This document shows positions 1 through 13,371 of a stretch of 64,000 nt of DNA, in pieces (within the stretch, counting starts at the first letter, position 1; every line of letters starts with the position of its first letter). A program made the translations under genes and the position numbers. The stretch is from Nemertoderma westbladi (taxonomy: Eukaryota; Animalia; Xenacoelomorpha). The stretch spans positions 1-64,000 of the forward strand of contig JAUCBJ010006844.1 in the NCBI GenBank assembly GCA_032718475.1, in the 5' to 3' direction. The notes beneath the pieces are model-generated. The model worked only from the letters and a program-made list of their open reading frames with translations, did no database searches and was not told where the DNA came from.

Positions 1-149
1 CAACACCATTACTATGTATATAACAATAATTGATGCAACTACAATATTAGAGTACTGTATATTTAATTAACATACGACGCCACTACAGTATGTGACGCTC
101 GCTGCAGCAAAAGGTGCTATTTCCAATTATAGTATAGACTGATGTAATT

Positions 150-602
150 TCAAGCATGGTGAGCATCTTTATACGCGAAATAATGATAGGTAACATCGGC
201 GGATTGGAAATCACTTCCCGAAAATTTCGCGCTAATGATTTTTTTATGTTCGCTGCTAAAAAAATAAGGAATATAGTAGCAACAGCGTCGTACTACGTTT
301 CTATAAAAAATATTCTCCAATATTGTAAATAAATCTCCCGGATCATTACTTTTCGCAGAAATATAAGTTATATTGCGAAGCTCTTTCCAATAATAGGGTT
401 GGTATCTTGTCAACTTTATATTAAACTTAGATATGGGTGCGCGACAAATAGGACAAATTTTAGAACAATAATTATTCATTTCGGAATATTGTACAATACA
501 TTGTACGCAAGTTGCATGTTTATTTTCACATTTATAATAATCTCGATGTTGTTGCAACAACTTAGAATAGCAAACTGGACATTTTTCATTTAAAATATCC
601 AT
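150..602 (-). CDS. Small intronless C3HC4 RING-finger protein (putative E3 ligase), 150 aa
   Basis: N-terminal CPVC-x13-C-ENK-H-AT-CVQC-x13-ICPICR pattern fits a C3HC4 RING; open ATG-to-stop ORF in AT-rich DNA. Confidence 0.7.
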   Translation of the reverse strand: MDILNEKCPVCYSKLLQQHRDYYKCENKHATCVQCIVQYSEMNNYCSKICPICRAPISKFNIKLTRYQPYYWKELRNITYISAKSNDPGDLFTILENIFYRNVVRRCCYYIPYFFSSEHKKIISAKFSGSDFQSADVTYHYFAYKDAHHA

Positions 603-770
603 TTTCCAAATTTTAAAGTAAATTGAAAATAATTACCACAATACACAACAACAACAACAACAAACAAAACTGTTATACTGTATATACAAATACTACTACA
701 ATTTTCGATTATTTAAAAACAACAAAATTTTATATATAATCATAAAATATTTATAATATAGAGGGAAAAG

Positions 771-1217
771 TCAAGAATCAATGATATTATCAACATATTC
801 AACATTATCCGCTGATTCTTCAGGTTCGACAAAGGATTCTTTTGAAATCATTACAATAAAGAAAGACATAATTTCGTAGGGGCTATGCCGATTTAGCCGT
901 ATTTCAAACTTTTCACCAGCTTCGTTGTATTGTGTAATAACAATAAATCCCTCTATCATGGATAATAGTAAAATGTTGCTTAATTTTCCTCCCCCATGCT
1001 CAGCTTTCAGGTTGTAATCTAAAAGATGAATACTATTATCAGAAGCATCAATATCAATTGAGCTTAAAACTTTCCTGGCTTTTTCAGAAAATTCAATTTT
1101 ATATTTATCATCTCCCTGACGGTAAATTGTATAATCAATAACAATATAGGCTTGACCATCTTCTGCAAAAAATGAATGCCTTACCATTGGCATAACCATA
1201 TTGGAATCAGAAGACAT
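771..1217 (-). CDS. Hypothetical protein, 148 aa, acidic C-terminus
   Basis: Uninterrupted ATG ORF of protein-like composition in very AT-rich DNA, co-oriented with the RING ORF; no recognised motif. Confidence 0.5.
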   Translation of the reverse strand: MSSDSNMVMPMVRHSFFAEDGQAYIVIDYTIYRQGDDKYKIEFSEKARKVLSSIDIDASDNSIHLLDYNLKAEHGGGKLSNILLLSMIEGFIVITQYNEAGEKFEIRLNRHSPYEIMSFFIVMISKESFVEPEESADNVEYVDNIIDS

Positions 1218-1597
1218 TATTTAATTTATTTTATTGTAAATCAAACAAACAAAGTAAAAACTTTTAAACTAAAACCATTACAAATGATTAATTGCGATTA
1301 AAGCAAGAGATTATATATAAGATATTTTCAAAAATAATACAGGTCTTCAACTGAAAAGATGCGCGTAGTTGGTGGTCACGTCGTCACCATATACAGTATA
1401 CAGTGGTGGTGGTAACGTGGCAGTGGTGGTAACGTGGTGAAAAGGTGAATAACCGTAGGGTTAGGCAAACATCGCTGTTGATTGGTTGGTTGGTGGGTGG
1501 TTGGGTGGGTAACAGCTGTGGATTGAGTAGTGATGGGATGGGGGCTAGCCATGCATCGTGAGGTTAGGCTATGTGAAGATGAATATGCAATGGTTGG

Positions 1598-1762
1598 TGA
1601 AAAATAGCGATTTGAAAAATAGTAGAAGTTACCTGTAGACACTCGAACACCTGTAAAATAAAGGTTGGTAAATATGAAAATACTGGTTGCTGAAAAATAG
1701 CGATTTGAAAAATAGTAGAAGTTACCTGTAGACACTCGAACACGTGTAAAATAAAGGTTGGT
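1598..1762. repeat. Direct duplication, 93-bp period
   Basis: TGAAAAATAGCGATTTGAAAAATAGTAGAAGTTACCTGTAGACACTCGAACAC... starts at both 1598 and 1691. Confidence 0.85.
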
Positions 1763-1994
1763 GATTGGACGGAGTACTAGCGATGGGTGACTAATAACGC
1801 CTCTAGCGGAATATGCGGGAACTTGAGAAGTTACCATGGTTACGGATGAAATGCTGACATCTGATTGGTTGAAATAATAACGACCACTGTGAAAGGTTGA
1901 AATGGTGGCTTCTTATTGGATGGAGTACCAGAAATGGACGGTAATGATGGACTACGGGTGACCTCGATGTGAGGTACATGTATCCTATACTACT

Positions 1995-4900
1995 GAGGTG
2001 TACACAACACGGACATGTCCGTAAGGATTGCCCAAACACGGACACCTGTCCTTCATGTGGACGCAATCATGACGCATTGCTCCACACTGATAGTCACACA
2101 CCGACGACACCAGGGAACACCCAGAAGCAGCAGCGAAATGCAACACTGCATACAAGACACGAGAATCGAAAATAACACCAACTTTTGTGATCCATATACG
2201 GGATTGTTTCCCAGAACAATCCGGGTCGTCGGATGAAGAATCCGAAGACGACGACGCATATTTCAACAATGGGGTTGAACAACCATCGATTGCGCTTCTG
2301 ACGCCTGATCAACTGAAAGGATTCAGCGTAATTCCTGTCAAGATTACGGGCACCAAAGGGAGCAAACGCATTTATGCAATTTTGGACTCAGCCTCATCTC
2401 ACAGCTACGTGGATGAGAAGGTAGCTGACGTGGTGACGGACCTTCAACAAGGTAAGAACGTCAGATATACCATAAGTAGTATGCATGGACAACGTGCAAT
2501 ACCAGTGACAAGAGTTAAATTGAACTTAGACACCCTTCTTCCAAAATAGCAACATAGCGAAGAGGAGAGGTCTTTGCTACCTTTTAAGGATTTAACCTTT
2601 GCGGCAACGAAGGACTTTAGTAACCTACTAGGTCCAGTGCCAGAACAATCCTTGGAGGACCGTAAGTATTTTAGACACCTTGGTGTACCAGAATTTCCTG
2701 TTAATTACAGATCAGTAGCAATGCTGATCGGGACAGACCAATTCAACTTACATCAAGTGTGGGAAACCAGACCATCGGTAGTCGTAGCAGGAAACGCTTA
2801 CGCCTGTAGAACTCCGATAGGTTGGTATACTCGAGCGCCTGTGCGCACTCTGGATATAAGTGACGAGGAAGACGATATACAAAGTACATGTAGTTTATTA
2901 ACTACAACTTCGACTCATTCCTTTTCACACGACGTAGACCATACTACACTACATTCGACAAATCATGACACGACATGTGTAGCTAGTATGATAAGTCACA
3001 AGGAGCAGCTAATCCACCAGGTGAGTTTAGAACTTGAGGAGAAGACGAGTCAGCCAGAGATTACATCGACGACAGATGATAACGCCGGAAGGCTTGCGAG
3101 TCTACCTACACCAATAACCTCAACAATGCCCGTCGATATCGATGACGACGCGTTAAGAAATCATCAAGTGGAACAAGCTGCATTGGACAAAGAATTAACG
3201 GAGAAGACTATCAGGTGGTTAGAACAAGATACAGCTGAACCTGGTAGCTACGAACCATGTATGTCGGAACAAGAGAAACAATCTTTGAAGATCATGGAAG
3301 ATACTATCCGCCAGACGAAAGACGGACATTATGAGGTAGGGATGTTATGGCGTAACCAATGTCCTAAACTTATAAATAACTATCCACTAGCCTTAAAACG
3401 TTTAAACTCAATATGCCAACGTTTATTAAAGGACGAGAAAGCCCATTTACAGTACAATACTCAAATGGAGACGTATTTGACAAAGGGGTACGCTATCAGA
3501 ATGACAAACCCAGAGATTGTGACTGACCAGACTTACTATTTACCACATCACTACGTGAGACACCCCGACAAACCTGACAAAGTATGTGTAGTTAATGACT
3601 GCGCGGCTCTGTTCGAGGGAATGTCTCTCAATAGTGAGCTGATGGATGGACCAAACATGAATAATTATCTCATGGGGGTGATTATGCGCTTCCGTCAACG
3701 CCAAGTAGCATTTACTTGCGACGTCGAAGCTATGTTTCACCAAGTGCGAGCATTAGAGCGAGACAGAGACAGACTGAGGTTCCTCTGATACCCGGATGGA
3801 GACTTAAGTCAACCACCGGCGACTTACCAAATGCAAGTTCGCGTATTCGGTGCCAGGAGATAGCCCAAATTGTACTATGTACACACTAAAACAGACCGCT
3901 AGGGACCAGAAACATAAATATGACCCAGAGGTAATCCAAATTGTAGAACGAGACTTTTATGTCGATGATGGATTACAAAGTTGTGACACAGTAGAACGTG
4001 CTATAACAGTAGCACATCAATTACGGGACTGTTTAGCGGGTGGAGGTTTTAACCTCACCAAGTTTGCTTCAAACAGCACCGAATTGGTAAATTCATTCGA
4101 AACGACTGAGCGTGGAGGTGGTGACATAGACCTAGAATTTGAACCACTACCGACGACCAAGGTGTTGGGACTATTTTGGGACCCGAACACAGACAACTTT
4201 CGTGTGAAAGTAAGACTGGACGCTCAAGGAGATTCTCTGACAAAGAGGTCTTGCTTGTCAAAACTGAGTCGATTGTTCGATCCATTAGGTTTTATCAGCC
4301 CAATAATACTGCAAGCAAGAATATACATGCGCAGTATCTGGAAAGATGGACTGACATGGGACGAACCGATCTCATCCGAACAAGTGGACTTATGGAAAAC
4401 TTGGGAGGCACAATTATCTTAATCAATCAATCATCAACTCAATTATCTTTATTATTCCATACTCTGGGTGTATTTTCCATTACAGACGACATTTCCTGAC
4501 GACTTAGAATTACATTGTTTTTCCGACGCCAGTGACAATGGCTTTGGAGTGACAGCGTATCTGCGTAGACAAGTAGGCACAGATGAGTTTGACGTATCGC
4601 TCATTACTTCTAAGGCTAAGACCATGCCTAATAAGTATATGACGACACCACGCGCTGAGCTACAAGCAGCAACCTTGTCAACTACAATTGTAAACCTTAT
4701 ACAGACTGAACTACAATCAAGTTTACAGATCTTTTATTGGACTGACGCGACGTTAGTTTTGTTTTATATAAACAATGACAAACTTGAATTTAAGACATTT
4801 GTAGCTAACCATCGTGCGGAAATTCTAGACCATTCAATAAAGGAAGATTGGCGACATTGTCCAGGGCCACAAAATCCAGCTGATATTGCGTCGCGAGGAA

Positions 4901-5499
4901 TGATGCCAGAGGAATTCTGTAAACCGGAAAACAATAAATTTTGGCAACACGGACCACAATTCTTACAAAGATCATCACAACATTGGCCGCCACTATACGA
5001 TAATAAGTCTAACACTATCCCTAAAGACGCTGAAATTAAAAAACCAAAGAAAGGGAAGACAAAAAAAAAGATGACGGCAAAACTAAAGAAGAAACCGAAG
5101 GCGAAAATGAAAAATATAACTTACATAGTTAAAAACGGAAGACTTGCGAGCCTTTCTTCACCAGACATATCGCTAGACGGTCAACCAGACATGTTACTAG
5201 ACGGTCAACCAGACACGTTACTAGACGATCAACCAGACACGTTACCAGACGGTCAACCAGACGCGTTACTAGATGGTCAACCAGACATGTTACTAGACAA
5301 TCAACCAGACATTTTGCCAGATATGTCACTAGATGTTTCGCCGGATTTTCCGCGAAACATTTTACCAGACATGTCACAAGATGTTCTACCAGACATTAGT
5401 AATGTATTGACACGTAGTAAAGCCGCAGTTTCCCTATTGGAGCGGCCTTCTGTTGACAAACTATGTAACAGCGTACAAAATTTGACACTCTTGAGTCAG
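1995..5499 (+). mobile_element. BEL/Pao element A: decayed gag(C-term)-PR-RT-RNase H fragment, close relative of element C
   Basis: Gag knuckles GHVRKDC..CPSCGRNHDALLH; protease ILDSAS; RT YYLPHH, FTCDVEAMF, FYVDDG; RNase H FSDAS, ELQAA, WTDA, NPADIASRG. Stops at 2547 and 3786 plus frameshifts. Shares HPDKPDKV and SELMDGPN with 46183..53172. Confidence 0.92.
5160..5396 (+). repeat. 24-bp coding tandem repeat (PDMLLDGQ-like) in the RNase H-integrase linker
   Basis: Repeated CCAGACAYGTTACTAGACGGTCAA-like units, degenerating toward 5396. Confidence 0.85.
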
Positions 5500-5642
5500 G
5501 CTTTTTCTCAACCGCAATCTTGCATTTAAGAACATTCCTTCTCCACAATCAATATCCGGTGACTGGCCGGGATTCCGTGGTCTGTAAAGTTCCGCCTCCT
5601 GCATCTGCGTTTTCCCCCATGGTGTCGGGAATAACGGCAACA
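5500..5642 (+). repeat. 3' part (U5) of the 5' LTR of element B
   Basis: 143-bp match to 18074-18216 with 2 mismatches seen; ends ...ACGGCAACA. Confidence 0.9.
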
Positions 5643-6075
5643 AAATTGAGAATAAAACGGTCAATTTTGACAGGGTGTCAAAATTGAGAATAAAACACGG
5701 CCAACTTCAACTGGTGGAAGTTGGGAATCCTACAATACTCTTCAAACTCTCTCCGTGCTTACCCAGCACCAACTACGGGAAACTCTGGTATTTGAGTTAA
5801 GACAAAGCCGTGGTTTAATCAATCGACAAACTCGATATAACAAACTCGTAGTCGGTAGATCACATATAAGAGAGTCGTTAACAGGGAATGGAAGTATCGA
5901 TCACACCCATTGACATAATTCAAGTTGAGCCAGGAATCTGGCATGTCGAGGTTGAAGTACAAGGAACGAACGTCGGATGATTTAGGATTACCATCCGAGT
6001 AATCCAAGCCGAGTACGAGAGCTACGAAGAACTATTCTACGACATCGCATATCTCACTATCAACGAGGCGCTAGA

Positions 6076-9000
6076 ATGACAACGAACAACGTCTCCGAAA
6101 CCGACGAGATGGACACCCACAGACTCGGAAGCCGACGAGGTACCAAATGTCAAGAACATGACCCGTCGACTAGGCGCTCTCAAAGGCGGCATCACTCGAG
6201 CGTATCAACGTATAGAGAAACAACTCAAGAGAGTCGAAACTCCCCTCAATGAGATACAAACTCAGCTTCAGAATATCCGAAGTATCTTACAACGATATGA
6301 GAGGATGATACAGGCGTATCAAGAACTCGTTCCCTCCACCGATCAGGTAAACTACCCCAGGTTAGAAGAACATGTTGTACATCTAGATGAGTTCCGCAAA
6401 CAACACTGGAGAAGCCTAAGCCTTGTGAGAGGCTACGAAGAACAGTACTACAAGAGAGCGGAAAGAACAGATGCAGAATCAGTGCGAACCTCCAGCACCA
6501 GGACAGCAACACATCGAAAGAGAACGGGGTCCTCCAGGAACCAGCACTCCAGTGCTAGGAGCGCGGTGTCCGGTTCAGCACACAGCTCTCAAGGTCAGCC
6601 ACTCCGAGACCAGCTACGAGAACAGAAGGCATTAGCCCTCAAAGCTCGGATGGAAGATGAGTATGTTCAACTGCGCAAGATATATTAGCCGCCGAAACGC
6701 AAAAGCGAGAGGCCGAACAAGCGGCCGAACGGCAGGTCGAACAACGCAAACAGGAGGCTGAACAACATAGACGAGAGGCCGAACAACGTGAACAGGAAGC
6801 TGAACAACGTGGACGAGAGGCCAAACAAGAGATCGAACAATGTAAATGGGAAGCAGAAATACGTAAACAACACGCCGAGGCCCAAGCGATTCTCATCCAC
6901 AAAAAGAATGTGGATATTGCAAAACTCGCGGACTACGAAGCCATGCTTTTAGAACGAGATATTTAACTGTACGAGGACTGGGAAAGGGATATAGATCAGA
7001 ACTATGAACCAATACCGATACCAGAATTAGAGAAGTCATTAACGATACCGACGGTGAAACCTCCAAAACCCGAGTTCCCGCCTACCATACAGTCTACGTT
7101 ATCGGCACAAGCACCGGTATTCCATCCCCCACCGGTTACGCTGAAGAATGAGGAACCTTATATCCCAGCCACTCCAACGGTCCCGAGCGTCCCCAAGTAC
7201 GAGCCTGAAAAGGACTCGGAACGGATTGCCACTCCCCGATCCAACAACCCGTTTACATCCACACCACAAATCCGTAGCCGCTTCATCATTAAAACTCCAC
7301 CTATCATCGATCCATCGTGTATGGGAGAGAGTGCCGATAATTATAACCCTCCTAGTCATTCCGGTTCAGACAACGTTGGCATTATCCGGGCATTAGAAAA
7401 CCGACTGGCCATGCCCAAGATGGAGATCCGCACCTTCAAAGGAGATCTCCTTCGAAGGAGATCCCGTCGATTACCTCAGATTCAAGAAACGGTTTTTCGC
7501 GCAGATTGGATCAACGGACATAGCCGACGCACAAAAGTTAGTATATTTATCCCAATACCTGGGCGATAAACCACGCCGGTTTACTATGATGCATGGAAAA
7601 CTCTAGATAAAAGATACGGAAATATCGGGACTATAATTAATAAAACTCTCGAGAAACTGATACAGGACGCGGGATCCCTAGGGGACCCACAGAATATCCA
7701 AGAATTCTCAGATTCGATGAAAGATGCCTACTACACTCTAAAACCATTAAATAAGGAGGAACAAGTAAACAACATTCTAAACCTCTGACAGATCGCCCGG
7801 AAGTTCCCCGGATGGCTACAAAGTAAGTCGGCGTATAAATGCGTAGATCTCCGGCGCAGACACCCAGATCGAGATCCCAGGTTCCTCGAAATGTCGGCAT
7901 TCCTAGACGATATCTCCGAAGCCATGAATGACTCGATGTTTTCGAAACAGAGTCTCGCCAAGTTAGACGGAATAGAAAGCAACTCCAGGAGTAAGACGCC
8001 CACTCAGAAACCGAGATTCCGTCCCCCTCCGGTGAGTACGATGGCCATCACCATGGCCGAGGATTCCGATGATGAAGACTACGAGGAACTGACATCAGCC
8101 GAGGAATGGGCGTGTTACCTTGCGAATTGGGCACCCGAGAGGGAAGGCATCACAAACTCCCTTCTCTGTCTCTTCTGTGGAGAGAAACATAAAGTGGAAT
8201 TCTGCAGGAAGTTCCAGTTCGCCGAACTCGTCCCACGCTTCGAGGCGATAATGAAACACCGAGGATGCTTCCGGTGTCTTGGAACAGGTCACTCTGTTCG
8301 GGATTGCGACCAAAGATCGTGCTGTGCGGTCTGTAACGACCTACGTCATCACACGCTCCTCCACATCCCCGCGAACTTTGACTTCACCACCCTCCCCTTT
8401 CGGATTGAAGCCAAGCGAAGAGGAGAAACGAACCACGTTTCTAAAGGAACCCGGACAACCCAACGGAGAGAAACCAACCCGTTTAAAACCTCCACCGATG
8501 CATCACAAGTGACAAATATCTCAGCCACGATCAACCTTATAAATCGCCGTTACATGGTCTTCGCCAAAGTAATCCCAGTAAGAATTCAAGGGGTCGGTAA
8601 ATCCTTGACGACGCTCGCGTTCCTTGATAACGGGTCGGACGGAACCATCATCGACCGGGATTTCCTCGAGCAACTCGGCCTAGACTATGAACCTTGCAAA
8701 CGGCCCATACAAACTATCACCGACCACAGAGAGGTAGAATCCGGGGAGGTGCAGCTCCAGATGGAAGGAGTAATTGAAGGGCTACGAGACAGTTAAGCTG
8801 ACCATCAAGAACGCCTTGGTACACACAGACCTCCGAGTGCGGTTCCGACAATCAGCCGAGTACGCCCCCCTCATACAGTTGGACCGAGACGATGTAGACC
8901 TAAGGTGCCCGCCGTTGGATGTAAACCGCATCACCCTACTGATCGGACTTGATACACCGGAATTACACATACCCACCGGAGACGTCGCCCGATCTATAAA

Positions 9001-12000
9001 GCAGGATGACGGCTTTTACGCTGAACGAACAATAATGGGATGGACACTCTGCGGCATCAAGGAAGAGACTACTGACACCTATACATACCTTCCTAAATGT
9101 CAGATTAAAGAGAATGCAACATCCGTGGGTTATTGTTCAGCTACAGACCTTGACGAGGATTTGTTTCTTGAGACCGAGAAAACCCAGCAAGAGATGACTA
9201 AATACTTTAATCTAGAGACCCAAGAGTTCGCTGAAAAGGACGAAAACCCGTCCGAGGAGGATCAATATTGTATGGACGTCCTTGACCAGGCCACGTTCAA
9301 AGACGGACACTGGTGTTCACCCATGTTATGGAAGGACCCAAATAAACCAATGGCGAATAACGCCAACATGGCCCTTAGGCGACTTAAGGGGATCCTATGC
9401 CGGCTGAATGACCAACCCGAGATAAAGGAGAAATATAATACTGTAATCAAAGGATATCTCGAAGATGGATTAGCAGAAATGGTACCCCGGAATGAACTGC
9501 AAGGGGGTAAAAGAACATATTATCTTCCAACCCACTATGTGGTAGAAGCCCGGAAGGGTGGTAAAATCCGAGTAGTCAATGATGCCGCCGCTATGTATCA
9601 AGGCGAATCCCTGAACAGCCAGCTTTACACGGGGCCCAACATATACAGTACACTCATTGGCGTGTTGATCAGGTTCAGGGAAAACCGGATAGCATTCACC
9701 TGCGACATCAAAGCCATGTTTCACCAGGTCCGTACGCTACCAAGAGACTCAGACTGTCTACGTATACTATGGACGGATAAAACATTAACTCAACAGGAGA
9801 TTAGTCAACTTACAATGAAGGATGTAGACGTAATGCGCATGATCGTCAGGATCTTCGGCGCTAAGGACTCGCCGGTAGCATGTAGTGACATGCTGAAGAA
9901 AACGGCAACTATGTGCGAAAACGAGTTCCCTCCAACCGTCATAGAAACCATCCGACGATGCTTCTACGTGGACGACGGATGCGCCGGCGCAGATAATGTC
10001 GACGAGGCATATCGGCTAGCAATGGGGATGGTAGAATGTTTAAAGAAAGGAGGTTTTCCGCTCGTGAAGTTCAGATCCCATGACAAAAAACTTATGGAAA
10101 AGTTTCCGGAGGACATCCGACTGGACAACAACAAAATGTACTCCGAGGATGCGGAACACCAGTGTACTCGGTATTGAATGGGACATAGAATCAGACGAAT
10201 TCATTTTCAAATATAACCCCCTACCCAAGCCTATGACGAAAAGGGGATGTTTGTCAATAAAAAGTGCAATATTCGACCCACTAAATTTCATATCTCCGGT
10301 AACCTTGGCCGGAATGAATCTGATTAAGGAAATGTGGATAGAAGGACTGGGATGGGATGAAGAACTCCCCCCACACCTCAGTGTCAAATGGAGAAAATGG
10401 ACGGAACAGCTCGAACACCTACATCTTATGCGGATCCCTCGACCGTTCTTCCTCGATAAACTACCCACCGATATCTTCCAGCTCCATACCTTCTCGGATG
10501 CTTCGAATACCGGAATCGGCGTAGTCACCTTCTTAAGAAGACTAAGTAACGATGGAAACGGCGATACGAGCTTCTTATTTTCTAAAGCTAAGACAGTATC
10601 CGGGGAATTCGTAGCAACGATTCCAAGACTTGAGCTACAGGCCGCAGTTTGGGCAGTGAGACAGAACCGCATGGTCATGCGGAACCTACGAATCCCCATC
10701 GAATCTCAACACTTCTGGGTCGATTCGAGTATCGTTCTCTACTATCTCCACTCTCCATCACGGCGTCACACCACGTTTGTAGCGAACCGAGCCACGGAGA
10801 TAAAACAGTGTACCGGCCGAGAACAGTGGCACCACGTGAACGGGAAAGAAAATCCAGCGGACTTATCAAGCCGAGGCGCCACCCCAAAACAACTCGGTAA
10901 AAGTAAACTCTGGCTTACAGGCCCGGAATTCCTACAGCAGCCACAATTAACCTGGAGTACCCGATTCGATCCCGAACTCGATAGCGGAAAATACTCCGAG
11001 GACGACAAGGAGATCCGTAAAGTCCATAGAAGCAACGCAGTGGAAATTTATAGTTGTCTGACCGAGCCTGCAAAGGACTCGGGCAGGCACTATAACGTCG
11101 CGACGATCACTCAACCAGCGGTGTCTTTACACCTGTTGATCGAGCGAACTTCATCAATGAGACGTCTCATCCACCACGTTATAACCCTTCGCAACTTCCT
11201 ACGGTGGAAAGACAACAAGCCGATAGTTCAACGGAGTATACAAGAACTCATTATCGCGGAGAAGTGTATTGTTGGATATGTCCAGAGAGAAAGTTTCCCC
11301 GATGAGTGGGAACAACTCAGTGCGGGCAAGACCTTGAAACCGGACAGCCCAGTCTACCAACTGAGACCAATGATGGGAGAGGACGGACTGATCCGACTGA
11401 ATACCCGGATGGCAAACGCCCCGGTTGAATATGAGGTTAAATACCCAGCGCTTCTGCCCGGAACGTCGACACTAGCCAAGCTATTAATTCAACAGTGTCA
11501 CGAGGAAAACCACCACGCGGGACAGAACTGGATTATAGCTAATATACGACAAAGGTATTGGATCACCCACATCCAGCCACTGATCCGGAAAGTGTTAAAA
11601 CGTTGCTTTCCCTGCAGAAGATATCTAGCGCCACCACTCACACAAAAGATGGCCGACTTACCAGCCACCCGTCTACAGTCCGATTCCCCACCGTTCTATG
11701 TAACCGGAGTAGACTGTTTCGGACCGTTTACAGTCATCGAGCGACGATCCAACATCAAATGCTGGGGAGCCATCTTTACCTGCCTTAGGTCTAGGGCAAT
11801 CTACCTAGATATCGTGGTGAACCTTACGCAACACGCATTCATCAACGCCCTGCGTCGGTTCGTGGCGAACAATGGGACATGTCGTCATATGTACTCCGAT
11901 AACGGTACAAACTTTGTGGGAGGAGAAAGAGAACTTAGAGAGGCGATCGAGGGATGGTTTACCGAGGACACCGCATCCCAAGTCTGGAGGGACCACCACA

Positions 12001-12671
12001 TACAGTGGCACTTCCAAACACCCTTAGCACCCCATACGAGCGGGGTATGGGAGAAGCTGATCGACTTAGTAAAACGATCCATGCGCGTCGCATTAGGAGA
12101 CACCCGGGTAACCCATGACACCCTCCGCACAACATTCTGCGAGATCACGGCTACCCTGAACAACCGGCCCATTGTCCCTATCCGCGACGACCCCACAGAC
12201 CTGGAGCCCCTCACTCCTAACCACCTACTGGGAAGACCTAAAACCCATATTCTCCCAGAGACGATGTTTCCGGATCCCGACGATATCGCGAGACATACTA
12301 ACTGGAAGAAGGCCCAAGCGTTGGCAGCGCATTGGTGGAGAATCTGGGCCCAGGAGTACCTCATAACCCTCCGGACCAGGAGGAAGTGGAACAACACCTA
12401 CAGGAATGTCGCAGTTGGCGACATGGTGCTGGTGAAAGAAGACCTCAAAGACCGCGTCCACTGGCCTGTGGCGCGAGTCGTGGCAATACAACCGAGCAAA
12501 GACGGACTTGCGAGGACTGTGACGATACGAACGGCAAAGGGCCACTACCAACGCCCTATCCAGAGGCTGTGCCTTCTTGAAGGCAATGACAGCGGTGACT
12601 CTACGAGAGGTGATAAGTTCCCTACTCAGGATCCTGCTGCAGACATTGGTGACAATTACAAATGCGTTTAA
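6076..12671 (+). pseudogene. Frameshifted gag-pol of element B
   Basis: BEL-type triple knuckle (CLFC..H..C; CFRCLGTGHSVRDC; CAVC..HHTLLH); protease FLDNGS; RT FTCDIKAMF, FYVDDG; RNase H FSDAS, ELQAA; integrase HEENHH..CFPC, GVDCFGP, SDNGTNF, WEKLI. Split over ORFs 6158, 7054, 7891, 8774 and 10080. Confidence 0.92.
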
Positions 12672-12944
12672 ACCCTTCTCATCCTGTTGACAAACTCTTT
12701 ATAACTGTGATTTACTCGACAATGATAAATGGACCCCCCTTAAACCAACTGTAACCACGCAATGGTATTTGTGTTTCCTCGTGTGTTATGTGGAGTCCAG
12801 CGTCACCCTGCAGATGTTTCGACTGACGCAGGGTCGTTTATGTATTGTTTACCCTGATTTTGGTCATCGGGACCAACGATATTGGATTATTGGAAATGGT
12901 AAAGATTTGAAGTGGAATTCATTGTATCCATTGTAGTATGTTAT

Positions 12945-13371
12945 GTTGTCCGTTGCGTGCGCAGTTCGGGGCGTAGGCGGTGTAACTAGTCCAGCTGTAG
13001 ATCCCGGATTGCCGCTGCAACACCCCCTCTATCCCGTTATTCTGGTGGGTCCATGGTGCATCCACATGACTTCGACGATAGAGGGTTTTATGTTTCTCAG
13101 TCGCGTTATTCTGGTGGGACCGTTGCGTGGATTTTGGGGCGTAGGCGGTGTAACTAGTCCAGCTGTAGATCCCAGAATGTTGCGTAACCCCATCCCACAT
13201 GACTTCGTCGACTGAGCTTTATGTTGTTGGGAGTGTTATTCTGGTGGGTCCCTGGTGCATTCCACGTGACTTCACTTCCAGCGTCTTCATTGTCCGTTAC
13301 GTGTGCAGTTTGGGGCGTAGGCGGTGTAACTAGCCCAGCTGTAGATCCCAGATTGCCGCGTAACACCCCTT
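12945..13371 (+). repeat. Three-copy ~170-190 bp repeat between pol and ORF3 of element B
   Basis: Core GGGGCGTAGGCGGTGTAACTAG(T/C)CCAGCTGTAGATCCC at ~12968, ~13136 and ~13312; GTTATTCTGGTGGG also recurs. Confidence 0.85.

Noticed and set aside
12945-13371. Twister or HDV-like ribozyme in the triplicated repeat
   Set aside because: I could not fit the required core nucleotides and pseudoknots on either strand.
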